This document shows, one piece after another, positions 34,472 to 47,223 of a DNA stretch of 64,000 bases. The notes beneath the pieces were generated by a model, which had not been told where the DNA came from, searched no databases, and saw nothing but the letters and a program-made list of their open reading frames with translations. Source of the stretch: Lytechinus pictus (Eukaryota); the NCBI RefSeq assembly GCF_037042905.1, contig NC_087250.1, forward strand, positions 7,442,001 to 7,506,000, read 5' to 3'. The stretch's first letter is position 1. The number at the start of each line of letters is the position of its first letter. The translations under genes were made by a program, and so were the position numbers.

Positions 34472-37074
34472 TCAAGTGGTTCCTAAGTCAGACTCTTGAA
34501 TTGTTGGATTTCTTGAATGAAAACATCTGTTACACCAGTCCTGCAGATTGAAAAAATAGAGAAAGAAAATCAATGAATTTAAATTAAAATTGTCGTGATT
34601 TATAAAACATAAATGTTTTAAGAAAAGCGAGACTATACATATATATGATTCTTCAACACATAACAGGAAATCTTACTTCTACTAATTATAAACTTGTACT
34701 TCCATAAAGCATATCACTTAAACCTGTTCTATACAGTTTACATACCACTCTCCATTATAACTACATGTACTCTATGAAAAAATGTCAGAGATTTCTCATA
34801 AATATGAATATATGAATCAACATATGTAAATTATATAAATAGTCAGAATTAAAGTTGATATGTTTTGTTGCACAGAATATTTTGATCTGTGATTAAAAAC
34901 GACACTAACTATAATCTAAAAACAAAATTGAAATGGGTTTTTCAAAGGCAGGTCTATTTGTTGCCAAAAAAATGTGAACAACCTCCATTATTAAAAATAT
35001 TCACTAATTAACTCACTCATATAACTGCTGTAGGTTGTATTTCTCTTTGTGGTCTAGTCGCTGTTCTATTAGGCCTACTTCACCAATAATTTATCATCAT
35101 CAATCACCTCCATGGAAATTGTAAAACTGCATCATCCTATTGGACAAAATGTAAAATAACAAGATTTAAAAAAAAATCGTAAATCTACAAATATGAAATA
35201 TGAATATCACACTAAAGAATGAATAAAATGAATTTTTGTAAAATATGGAAAATAGATATTGCTTTGTTTAAAACAAATAGGAAATAAAAAGGCCATTTAA
35301 TTACTAGTAGATCAAGTACATGACCTTACCGATATTTTATAAATTTGCCCAAGATACATAACTTTTGGCATTGGTTCTATTTTAGACTCGAGAGCCTGTA
35401 TATTTAAGAAGTGTCTATATTCATTACAGATCCTACCTCTTTGTGGCTCGGATTATTCTTATTGAATGTAAACATGGTTAACATTCAATGCATGTAATGT
35501 ATCTGTAATTTTGTATGGGTTAGTTTAAGTTTTATACCTGGATGAGAATCTGCAAAATGATGCATGCACTTATGATCATCATCTTGAACCATATAGGTAG
35601 ACCTCTACTGTTTTTCTTGTTCTTCAAACTCAACCTGTTTGTGAAAGAAAAGAGAACAATAATAAGAAGTGATCTTTTTCATGGCCGTATGTATAGGGGG
35701 AGGGGTTTGGGTAAGAGCTGACATGTGAAACCTTTTTTAGAAAGAGAATTGCATGACATCCTTCAATTTTACTTTAGAAAATGCACAAAACGGCCCTAGG
35801 TAATATTGGTCGCTTCTGGCCCTCGCTTTCTGAATTTTAGGTTTCTCTAAATTTTTTCACATGTCTGCCCCCCCCCCCAAAAAAAAAATCTGGATCTTTT
35901 TATTTCCGAATCTTATTTCATTTGATTTTAACATAATTTCATAATCTCATGCACTAGGTCTAGATCTATTTAGTCTAGATCTAGTCCAACAAGACTCAGT
36001 GCTGTGCGACAGCATTCATGTATCTAAATTAGGTCTAGATCTAGACTAACGATGGACTCTCGATCTATCTAGACCTAGAAAGTAAAGCTTAGGTTCTAAA
36101 CCGAGATCTAGACCCTATATTGGTTTAGAAATTTTTTATGTCTGACTCTGACTTTTATTCCTGGCTAAGACTTCATTGCCATTATTGACCAAGAGTAGAT
36201 CTAGATCTAGTCCTTGGTCCACTGACAGTCATACTCGTACATGTATGTAAATGGAGTCGTTTAGGCCCAGACCTAGATCTAAATTACAGACCTAGATCAT
36301 AAGCCCTGGGGGTAAGTGTCGAGGGTTGGGAAAGTATAAGTTAGCCCTAGCTCTTGTCTTGATAGCATCGATGAATAAATAAAAGTAAAGTAGCCTAGAT
36401 CTAGGCCTATTGATAATAAGACAAACATGCAGAGAAGCATGTTATTTCTAAGACCGAGTCTAACTATATTTATAAATAACAATAAGAGTTAAAATGGGTG
36501 GGGGCTAAATGCAGAAGCCTGAAGTTATGCAAAATAAATTTGATATCTGAAACAAAGTGAGGACCGAGTCTGAGGAGTGAGGATTGACACAATGACAGGC
36601 GTATCTTCATCCATACTCCGCTTCACAGTTTATTCCTGACTGAGTCTCGATCTACTGAAGATAGATGCAGATCTCCCTCGAGATCTAACGTTACAGTGTA
36701 CAAAAAGAAGCCTCATTCTTCTTGTTTTAATCAATCGTGGGTTGGTCCTTGTTGGAGGTGAACCAAACCAGCCCGATTATCTCTCGATTCCCAGCCGGCT
36801 AGGAGCCCGTACAAAATACATGTGGTTAAACACAGCGGCATAACCACAACACTGCAAGCAACATACAGGCTGCACTGGGCGACGATGACAATCTAACTTC
36901 AATTTCAAAGACCAAATTCTGCTTTCCTTTAACAGAAGAATGATAGCAAACTCTCTAATTTGTTAAAGAAATAAACTAAGATCACAAAATACAGCATGAA
37001 ATGTGTAAATAGTCCACTGAATTCATGTGGTTATATCAATTAATACGTACTCACCGGAGTGTTCGGAGGTCCAT
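34472..37074 (-). CDS. Candidate 3-exon 61-aa single-pass membrane microprotein (exons 37074-37055, 35634-35538, 34540-34472)
   Basis: CACAAAATGG start context; donor CG|GTGAGT; acceptor TCTTTTTCTTTCACAAACAG|; donor CAG|GTATAA; acceptor TTTCTCTATTTTTTCAATCTGCAG|. Phases are compatible, giving MDLRTLRLSLKNKKNSRGLPIWFKMMIISACIILQILIQDWCNRCFHSRNPTIQESDLGTT*. Confidence 0.5.
35955..36470. repeat. TCTAGA/AGATCT-rich tract in the first intron of the minus-strand candidate gene
   Basis: CTAGGTCTAGATCTA, TAGATCTAGATCTAG, CCTAGATCTAGGCCTA and similar motifs. Confidence 0.75.
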
Positions 37075-37386
37075 TTTGTGTGTGGAAAGAAAAGTTTCAG
37101 AATGAATAAATTAGATGACGTAACGAGGTCAAATGAATAATTAATTCTGTAACACGATACCACTAGTATCGATGACAAAGAATCGGGGAAATCGCGTATT
37201 AAGGACGCTCTTAGCCAATGAAAAGGCCGGATTATGAATATCTTCATGCTCATGAATGTCAATGAGGGCTTATTTTCGTCTTCAAATGATCGCGGTAGGC
37301 GGAGCCTAATCTCATTTGTTTTGTGCTGAACGCGCACGCAGCTTTCGGTCTAGTAATATATTATAAGGTCTTTGATCGGTTGTAAC

Positions 37387-37418
37387 CATAGAGATGTAAG
37401 TTAGTATACATCTCTATG
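37387..37418. mobile_element. 32-bp TIR-only element with 8-bp TSD
   Basis: CATAGAGATGTA-8 nt-TACATCTCTATG flanked by GTTGTAAC at 37379-37386 and 37419-37426. Confidence 0.8.
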
Positions 37419-37734
37419 GTTGTAACAAACCCTACCCCCCTCCCCCCACACGCACCCCCAAAAAATTATAATGATAATTATGTAATAATGACGATGATGA
37501 ATGAATGAAATTAATAATAAAAAAAATAACAAATATGATAAACCACCAAAACATAAACAACCCCCACCCTAGAAAAAATATATATATCATTAAATAAAAT
37601 AAAACAACACGATAAAAATCGGCAACTGTAGGCCCTGAAGTTCACTCAAATTTACCGGCTAATAAATAATCGTCTCACCGTTCACAGTAATAGGCCTAAT
37701 TATAAAAAGGAATTGATAAGATAGTCCAGTGAAT

Positions 37735-38140
37735 GGTAAATTACCAATTCGCCAACTACCAACTCGTTCAATTTATCACCACATGGTCTACCTTCATTTA
37801 CTCTAATGCCATCCTTTCCATCAACATTTCGTCTAACAACCATTTGGTCCAATTAAGCCTACCACTTCGTCTAATCACAAGTTCGTCTATTTCGTCTCAT
37901 AACCAATTGGTCTAATATTCGTTTTATTTTCATTCATTTTACCCAATTAACACTTGGTCTAATTAGAACCAACGGTATATGGACTAAATGGCTATTGGAC
38001 CAACTGGTTATTTGGCGAAACGGTGAGTGGACAAAATTGCAATTAGACCATGTGGATATTGGACGAACTGATGGTAGACCACATGATTATGTAGACGAGT
38101 TGGCAATTGGACGAATTGGCATAGGACCAAATGAAAATAA
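37735..38140. mobile_element. Palindromic element built from ~15-bp minisatellite arms
   Basis: Left arm of CCAATTCG/TTCGTCTA units, right arm of TGGACGAATTGG/TAGACC units; related copy at 44590-45066. Confidence 0.65.
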
Positions 38141-39164
38141 ACCCAAGGATTATATGTAACTGTTGAAGAAAACTTATGAGGTACAAAATGGCTCATGAGT
38201 TGTGAATTTCTAAATTGTTTTGCATGTGATGAGAGAAGGAGTAAAATGACAACTGAAAAGTAAGCTCTCTGTGACCCAACGCTAGCTGGTTTATAACTCA
38301 GCCGTAGTCTCTCTTACAAGACCCGTTGACAACAGACGAGCAGCCAACACTTCGAAAATTCGGAACCAGGCCGAATGGTCATTTTCCTACATAGCCGATT
38401 TCTACATGGCAAAATCGAAGAGTTCTACATCTAAGAAAACCATGAAAACGGAAGGAGGATAAATAAAAGTAAAGTGGGAAAGATGATAATTATGTGATAT
38501 TGTGTCCAAATCTATCGCATGGGCCTATTCATGTATGATAGCCCAGTAATCATGAAGGCACATTATTTTCTTACAATGTCCTGCAAAAAATATATGCATC
38601 TGTATTTTGATACAATGTTTGGACATTTCATATAGTGGCGCTAAAAGGAAAGTTTGTCCTGACACCAAGTTGGTATCGATCAGGGGCGGATCCAGGAAGT
38701 GTTAAAAAAGGGGGAGCATATTATCCCCGAGGAAAAATTTGACAAGCAAAAAAAAAGAGGTCTTCATTGAGGGGCACCTGCCGGCTTTGCCCCCCCCCCC
38801 CTGGAACAGCCTGTGGTTTTGATAAAAGTATAATAATTGGAGAAAAATCTTGATGACAGTTTGGTCAAATACATCAGTTTTTTAAAGAGCTTTGACAAAT
38901 TAATTTCGTGACGTACTTTTTCCGAGCAGCTGCTCCATAACCATGTTATATCATAATTACCCAAATCCCACATTTTAATGGTTTAATTAAAATGATCTTC
39001 AATATTTAATGTTATCTCCGTGCACTTTGTACCTTGTCGATACAAGCTTATACAAATCTAAAATAGTGTCTTGTGTGCGTGTGCAGGTGATGACAGTGGG
39101 ACAGCTGCTGTGTATATTTATAGCTGCGAGCATGGTGAATGATCTGAATCTGACTATTATTTAA

Positions 39165-39890
39165 TAATGATAATAATAATCAGATCTCATATAGCGCATA
39201 ACAAATGTGTCTCTATTTTATGCGCATCAGAAAATAAAGGAGAGGATGAGATAATATGTAATGGTGAGTACACTTTGTTGAGGTCAGGTTCAATTTAAAT
39301 AAGTATGGGTTTTAAGGGCTGTTTTTTTTTTTAACTGAATCAACTGTTTTCAGGGAATTTGGGAGTTTGTTCGGATTGTTTCATAAAAACAAGGGCTGCA
39401 TGAGTAAATGAACGTTGACTATATGATTTGGTTGATATTTTTATTGGAGGAATGATTTATAATGAATTCTTACTTTGTGAATGTAGACGACGTGTCGGCT
39501 TATAGAGAGTGACTAAATCATTTAAGTATGAAGGAGCAAGTCCATAGAAACATTGATATACTGGCAACAAAATCTTAAATTGGATTCGAAACTGGATTGG
39601 TAACCAAGGGAAATGCTGTAAGACGGGATATCTGATCACGTTTCATGGTGAACAACGAGTCGTGCTGTTGGATAGTTTGGAGTCTTTTAATTTGGCAATT
39701 ATAATATAGGTAAGTGAAGGAGTAGACTATTGCAGAAATCAAAGTGGCACATAATAAAAGCACGGAACATAGACGTTCTGTGTTTTTTTTTTTTTGTATA
39801 TCAGTAAGATCACGAATTTTGCCAATTTTATGCAGAGCAAATGAAGCTGCGCGACATATGTGTGTAACGAACCGCTCTAAGAGAAGTTTG
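39165..39890 (-). mobile_element. Decayed L2-clade LINE 3' fragment
   Basis: WLPIQFRIQFKILLPVYQCFYGLAPSYLNDLV and HICRAASFALHKIGKIR are typical of the L2 ORF2 C-terminus; GCGCTATATGAGAT...(TTA)n tail. Confidence 0.8.
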
Positions 39891-39897
39891 TAATGAA

Positions 39898-40279
39898 AGG
39901 ACAAGTCCACTCCAACAAAAAGTTCATTTGAATGAAAAGAGAAAACAAAACAAGAATAACACTGAAATTTTCATCAAAATCGGGTGTAAAATAAGAAAGT
40001 TATGACATTTAAAGTTTCGCTTTATTTAAAAAAATAGTGAGCATTTCGGTCGGTATGCAAATGAGGGACTGATGGCATCGATCACTCACTATTTCTTTTG
40101 TATTCTATTATAATAAATATTCTAATTTTCTCCTCATTGTCATGTGAAACAAAGTTTCATTTCTCCCTGAACATGTGGAATTACAATTGTTTAACATTTT
40201 GATGATATTTTCAGTGTTGTGCTTGTTTGATTTTTCTCTATTTATTCAAATCTGCTTTTTGTTGGGGTGGACTTGTCTT
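39898..40279. mobile_element. Kolobok-like MITE, internally deleted copy
   Basis: AGGACAAGTCCAC...GTGGACTTGTCTT with TGAA/TTAA flanks; same family as 42341-42935 and 46434-47034. Confidence 0.75.
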
Positions 40280-40354
40280 TTAACCGGGACAGCTGATCGT
40301 CCTAAGGTTCGGGTCGAGCTGACAAAAAACTGCAATTATATCGTTTGCTTAGAG

Positions 40355-41833
40355 CATGGACCTATGAAAGCTGGACATTCATCGGTTAGTTAAGGAATTC
40401 ACTAACATCTGACTGTTATTGTCATGTGAATAACATTCTCTTCATATTTTATCTGCTGTGATACCATCATGGTCGCCGTCAACTAAACCATGAGTTACAG
40501 AAGCTTTCGGTGATTAGACATTTAACATTAGACAAATTGTATGCGCAGAAGGTAATAAATTACCTGAATTCTCTGAAATTAATGTGCAGTTCTGGTTTAC
40601 AAATAAATATCTTCGTTCCGTTGTTTTTATTTGGGAAAATGTATGAATATTTCGAGATAGAGGCTGAAATGAAATTGATTGATTGTAATTTATAATCACA
40701 TTTTAAAGATTTCCTCATGACATTCCAGAGAAATATGGTGGGTTTCTTGTAGGGGTCGTCCCCCTCTCGTTGTTAGTAAGGTCATTATGAGTGTGCAGAA
40801 GTGTGCAAATCGATAATAATATATTTGATATCACAAAAATCGTCTGCTTCTCAATTTGCTGCTTCAAAACTGAACCATCTTAATTGAAAGGTATAATCTG
40901 TTACAGGACATCAGCCAACAAACGCCAAGAAGAGGAAAAAGATTCCTTTGTAAAGATCAGATTCGCCTCGGTAGCCGCTATTGTCAAAACACCTGTATGT
41001 TCTCATTAATATGCACATAATCAGGATACGGCGACTATGATTGCATCAAAAGAATGCCCGCGTTAATCGTCCATTTCTTATAGGTCCATGCTTAGAGCAT
41101 GGACCTATGAAAGCTGGACATTCATCGGTTAGTTAAGGAATTCACTAACATCTGACTGTTATTGTCATGTGAATAACATTCTCTTCATATTTTATCTGCT
41201 GTGATACCATCATGGTCGCCGTCAACTAAACCATGAGTTACAGAAGCTTTCGGTGATTAGACATTTAACATTAGACAAATTGTATGCGCAGAAGGTAATA
41301 AATTACCTGAATTCTCTGAAATTAATGTGCAGTTCTGGTTTACAAATAAATATCTTCGTTCCGTTGTTTTTATTTGGGAAAATGTATGAATATTTCGAGA
41401 TAGAGGCTGAAATGAAATTGATTGATTGTAATTTATAATCACATTTTAAAGATTTCCTCATGACATTCCAGAGAAATATGGTGGGTTTCTTGTAGGGGTC
41501 GTCCCCCTCTCGTTGTTAGTAAGGTCATTATGAGTGTGCAGAAGTGTGCAAATCGATAATAATATATTTGATATCACAAAAATCGTCTGCTTCTCAATTT
41601 GCTGCTCCAAAACTGAACCATCTTAATTGAAAGGTATAATCTGTTACAGGACATCAGCCAACAAACGCCAAGAAGAGGAAAAAGATTCCTTTGTAAAGAT
41701 CAGATTCGCCTCGGTAGCCGCTATTGTCAAAACACCTGTATGTTCTCATTAATATGCACATAATCAGGATACGGCGACTATGATTGCATCAAAAGAATGC
41801 CCGCGTTAATCGTCCATTTCTTATAGGTCCATG
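40355..41833. mobile_element. Head-to-tail dimer of a 736-bp non-autonomous DNA transposon (CATG termini, P-element-like)
   Basis: Copies at 40355-41090 and 41098-41833; TIR CATGGACCTAT / ATAGGTCCATG; CTTAGAG at 40348-40354, 41091-41097 and 41834-41840. Confidence 0.9.
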
Positions 41834-41900
41834 CTTAGAGTCACTGCTTGTAACTGCCATATTGATTCACCAATTTTCGACAAAGACTGCTGTGCCAATA

Positions 41901-42143
41901 CACAGCAAAAACTGTGGAGTTAACCGGTGTACATAGAGGACCACACCAGTTATTTTACTCCGGTGTTGAATTAATTGGTGGTATTAGTTTAACACCTATA
42001 GGTGTCATTACAACATCTTTGGTTGTTACATTTACACGCTTTGGTGTTATTTTTAATCTCTAGTGTGTAACTTTAACACCTCGGGGTGTGGTCCTCTATT
42101 AACACCAACTGGTGTCAGTTTTAACACCACAGTTTTTACAGTG
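41901..42143. mobile_element. MITE with CAC...GTG termini and TA TSD
   Basis: CACAGCAAAAACTGTGG / CCACAGTTTTTACAGTG; close copy at 47224-47462. Confidence 0.85.
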
Positions 42144-42340
42144 TAGATTCTCAACGTTCCAGAAAGCGTCTGTGTAGTAGTTGCAAAAATTCGCTCGTAT
42201 GTTTCACGGTAAAAACACTGTTTAAGATTTTATACAACGCTGTTTACTATTATGAACCTTACAGTATTTGTTTAACCGTTTAAACAATCATGTTTCATTT
42301 ATTGAAGATTAGATATTGAAAATTAAACTTTATTGCTTAA

Positions 42341-42935
42341 AGGTCAAGTCCACTCAAGAAAAATTTTGATTTGAATAAATAGAGAAAAATCAAGCTAGCA
42401 TAATGCTGACAATTTCATCAAAATCAGATGTAAAATAAGAAAGTTATGGCATTTTAAAGTTTCACTTATTTTTCACAAAACAGTGATATGCACAACTCAG
42501 TGACATGCACATGAGAGAGTCGATGATGTCACTCACTCACTATTTCTTTTGTTTTTTATTGTTTGAATTATACAATATTTTATTTTGTACAGATTTGACA
42601 ATAAGGACCAACTTTACTGAGCCATATGGTATTAAACAATGCTAATTCCACATGTTCAGGAGGAATTAATCGTTGTTTCACTTGACAATGAGGAGAAAAT
42701 TAGAATATTTCATATAATAAAATACAAAAGAAATAGTGAGTGGATGACGTCATCAGTTTCCTCATTTGCATACCCACCAGGATGTGTATATAAATGTTTT
42801 GTGAAATTAAGCGAAACTTTAAAATGTCATAACTTTCTTATTTTACATCCGATTTTGATGAAATTGTCAGTGTTATGCTTGTTGGATTTTTCTCCTTTTA
42901 CGCAAATCAACTTTTTGTTGGGGTGGACTTGTCCT
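42341..42935. mobile_element. Kolobok-like MITE nested in an older MITE (~42204-43023)
   Basis: TTAA|AGGTCAAGTCCAC...GTGGACTTGTCCT|TTAA; host arms TACAACGCTGTTTACTATT / AATAGTAAACAGCGTTGTA. Confidence 0.85.
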
Positions 42936-43743
42936 TTAAGATTTAAACACTTGTTTAAACGGTTTAAACAATTACTGTAAGTTACAAATAGTAAACAGCG
43001 TTGTATATTTTTTTCTGTACGTGTAGTTCCTTGACACTTTAATAGTTGATGTTCTCCGATAGTCTTAATTGGTAGGCTCTTTTATAATTAAAAAAAAATA
43101 AAAATAAAAAGGCGGCAGCTCGTATTTACTTAATAAAGATTTGATAACCTCGATTACATGGTGTATCAAGAATTATATTAAATCAATATAGATGTGAATG
43201 TATTGCAGTATAAAATTGCAATCGTATTGCTTCTAAGAATCATTTTGACCAAATATGCCAATTAACTTCTCGGAAGTGCATGGTCTGAGATGTGAGACTA
43301 ATTCAGCATTCCCTTCATCTCTCTGTATGTCAGATAGATAAAAGATAATCGGAAAAGAAGATTTCAATTTGATTTCCAAGTGGGTCCGACAGAGTTGGTA
43401 GTTCTACTTTGCGGCTACTATTTCATTCCAAGGTCACGCATGGGTAAGCGTGCAATAGTACTTTATATGCACTGGGACCAATGTTGTAAGGTATATTTCT
43501 TTTTGGATCTTTCATTATACCGAATTATCTGAGTAGTATTCATACACTTCGGTAAGACAGGTAGTTATGAACAAAAATACTTGATACCTCGTTCAGAAAC
43601 TTGAAAATTTATATTGTTGGATATCCGAATGTCGGTATGTATATTTATTCTTTATAGCTACATTGTCTTTCCTCTGAAACGTCATTTGTATGTCATCTCG
43701 TCTCTGCACGGCCGCACGCCTATAATGACCTGTTCATATTAGT

Positions 43744-44100
43744 GGAAGCGTCGTGGTGTAGCGGTTCTGACTATCGCCTTGCAATCAGAGGGTCGTGTGT
43801 TCGAATCCCACCATGGCCTAGCGTCCTTTGGCAAGGCGTTAATCCACACTTTGCCACTCTCCACCCAGGTGTTAAATGGGTACCCGATAGGATGTGAAAG
43901 CCTCTATGTAGTATGCTTAGCAATTGAGTCTTGGAACTCTTGTTGGAATGCTCCCCAGGGAGTGGAGAAGGTGCATACATTGTATGCAGGCATGCAAGGA
44001 TCCGAGGACCGGGGTAATAATATGTCTGTAAAGCGCTTAGAGACGTCGTTCCGATGTATTAAGCGCTATATAAATGCGGAATATTATTATTATTATATTA
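43744..44100 (+). mobile_element. tRNA-derived SINE, family B, with L2-like 3' tail
   Basis: Box A TGGTGTAGCGG, box B GTTCGAATCC, CCACCCAGGTGTTAAATGGGTACC core, AAGCGCTATATAAAT...(TAT)n end. Degenerate relatives at ~44405-45095 and ~52820-52980. Confidence 0.85.
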
Positions 44101-45422
44101 TACAGCCAAAAATACCATTATTATGGTTAGACCTTTGAGTAATCGAGAAACCATTAATCCAAGATTTAATATCTTGGCTATCTGCATGAATTGGATATCT
44201 TGATACTCTATATTTGATATCTATAATATCTATAACATTCCTGTGTAATAATAACAATCCCCTTTTATATAGCGCTTAATACATCGCAACGACATGTCTA
44301 TGATAATTTGGAGGAAAAAATAATGTTTTTGTACCTTTCCAGGCATTCCTGCTTTTTATAGAGAGATTAAATGACCATTACATCTATAGACTAAACAGTG
44401 CATGGGGCACCTTGGTCTAGTGGATACAATCGTCGTCTTTCAATCAGAGGGATGCGGGTTCGAATCCTAGCTTTGGCGTGTTTTTCTTCTTATCCATGTT
44501 GTGCTGCACTCAACCCAGGTAAGGTGAAGGTGTATCTGTTATGATGTATTCCTTGAATACTTTAGCGCCTGTAGATGGCGGCTCAGCTGTTTATTTCCAC
44601 TTCGTCTGATGCCAATTCATCCAATTGCCAACTCGTCTACTTTCATTTGGTCTACTATCAATTCGTCCAATATCCATGCACATGGTCTAATTGCCATTTC
44701 GTCTACTCACCGTTTCTTCTAATAACCAGTTGGTCCAATAGCCATTTAGTCCATTACCATGGTGTAATTGGACTAGTGTTCATTTGACAAAATGAATGCA
44801 TATATCATACCAATTGTTAATGAGACGAAATGGTAAAAGCGTTAATTGTGCAAAATGAATGAAAACAAAATGTGTATTAGACCAACTGGTTATTAGACGA
44901 AATGTTATTAGACGAAATGGTGATTAGACGAAGTGATGATTAGACCAAATGGTATTGGACCAAATGGTTATTAGACGAAATGTTGATGGACGGAATGGCA
45001 TTAGACTTAATGAAGGTAGACCATGTGGTGAGTGGACGAGTTGACAGTAGACGAATTGGCAATTTACCGGCTCAGCTACAGCCGGGGTAATAATATGATA
45101 CCATGTATGCACGTGCAGTGTAGAGTATATAGTAACTGCGCAAAATAAATTGACCATTGATATTAAAAACAAAAATGACCACTTTATCTTTGATTGTTTG
45201 ATCGAAGGGTATATATGTATCAAGGCTATCCAAAGTTCACAGTCCAATATATTCATAAACTATAAAAAATAATAGTTTACCCTTGGGTAAACAAGGAACA
45301 AGTCATGTAGGCATGTAGGCCTATATTGGGCAAAATTTAACAAAATTTGTGTAAAAATTTACCCAATGTTTCGTTGATATTTACCCATATAACGTGCATT
45401 TTGCATAATATTGGACAAAGTC

Positions 45423-45965
45423 CCGGGGGGGGGGGTACTCGACCCAAAAAGTAGTAGGTATGTGCCGCGGGCGAGACAAAAAACGGGGGCCTTGGAGCGG
45501 GCTTATTGTAAAAAGGAGGGTCCTCGGAACGGGCTTCGGAACTACAAATGTTTGTGAAAACGGGGGTCCTTGGAACGGGCCGCCTGCGTGTAAGTGCGTA
45601 TGCATCCTTATGGAACGTGCGTGCAGCTAGCCCGGCGGTACGGGCACCGGGTGCGCCAGCGCAGAGGCGATGGTCGGACAGCGCTCTGCGGCCGCTTTTC
45701 ACCAAAATTGCGGCTCATTTTAGCATATCAATACGGCCGGAACGGCGTAACGGAAAATAAGCGAAGCTTTGGAGCGGATTTCTTTCTTTTTTTTCTCAAT
45801 AAGAAGAAAATGCTATGCTTTGGAGCGGCTTTCTTTGTTCTTTTTCTCAATAAGACATAAATGCTATGCCTTGGAACGGAAATTTGAGTGCAAAAATGGG
45901 GGTCCCTCCGCGGCACATACCCACTATGCATTATAAAATTATACTGAGTGCCCCCCCCCCCCCGG
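45423..45965. mobile_element. GC-rich non-autonomous DNA transposon with poly-G/poly-C TIRs and 9-bp TSD (Mutator-like)
   Basis: GACAAAGTC at 45414-45422 and 45966-45974; TIR CCGGGGGGGGGGGTACTC / GAGTGCCCCCCCCCCCCGG. A 7-bp TSD reading is also possible. Confidence 0.8.
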
Positions 45966-46433
45966 GACAAAGTCTTACCCACCAAACATGCCAAAAATTC
46001 ATGTTCCCTTTTTACACAATATTGGGTAAATCTTTACTCATTCTTTTTAGAGTGTACTTTTACAAAGAAACAAAGGATGAATATAGGCCCCATACACTGT
46101 AAAAAAAAAAATGTGTTAATTTAGCACTTACAGAGCTACAGTGCTTGTTTAGTGACTGCACTACGAGTACCGATTTTCTAGTAAATCAGCACTCGTAGTG
46201 CAGTCACTATACAAGCACTGTAAGTGCTATTAAAACTTAACACTTCATTCTTTACAAAGTTAATGTAAGGTCCGCTTGTTTGTTTAATAGTCATTTATTA
46301 ATTCAATAGAGATTAGTAAAGATACTCAGTCCTGATAACATCTCCTATTTGCGAGATCATATCATAAATCAATCATATGGCCCGTGTGTGTAGGTTGTGG
46401 AATAGCCAGTTGCAGACGGTTTTCATGTTTTAA

Positions 46434-47034
46434 AGGTCAAGTCCACCCAAGAAAAATGTTGATTTGAATAAATAGAGAAAAATCAAACTAGCAAAACGCC
46501 GAAAATTTCATCAAAATCGGATGTAAAATAAGAAAGTTATGACACTTTATAGTTTTGCTTATTTTCCCCAAAACAGTGATCAGTGGTGATATGCACAAAT
46601 CAAATGAGACATTCGATGATGTCCCTCACTCACTATTTCTTTTGTTTTTTATTGTTTGAATTATACAATATTTCATTTTTTATAGATTTGAGAATAAGGA
46701 CCAACTTGACTGAATCATATAATATTTAACAATGCTCATTCCACATGTTCAGGGAGGAATTGATCGTTGTTTCACTTGACAAGGAGGAGAAAAATAGAAT
46801 ATTCCCTATTTCATATAATGAAATACAAAAGAAATAGTGAGTGGATGACGTCATCAGTCTCCTCATTTGCATACCCACCAGATGTGCATATAAATGTTTG
46901 TGAAATTAAGCAAGACTTTAAAATGTCATAACTTTCTTATTTTACATCCGATTTTGATGAAATTTTCAGTGTTTTGCTTGTTGGATTTTTCTCCTTTTAC
47001 GCAAATCAACTTTTTGTTGGGGTGGACTTGTCCT
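46434..47034. mobile_element. Kolobok-like MITE
   Basis: TTAA TSDs at 46430-46433 and 47035-47038; same family as 42341-42935. Confidence 0.88.
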
Positions 47035-47223
47035 TTAAGGAAATCGTTGAATGAACAAATATATTTAATCCTTGCTAGTGGTTGGCTGCTGGGCCTTACC
47101 ATGGTTGGTAGTTGCAATAATTGCAAAGTTCAAAGTTTATTTCCACATTTCCATAAAAACATACAATATAAGCACATATCACATTATAACAGTATGCCAA
47201 TTACTGATGATGGAGCCACCCTA

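Noticed and set aside
40510..41442. Identical 61-aa ORF pairs
   Set aside because: Consequence of the transposon dimer; no transposase motifs.
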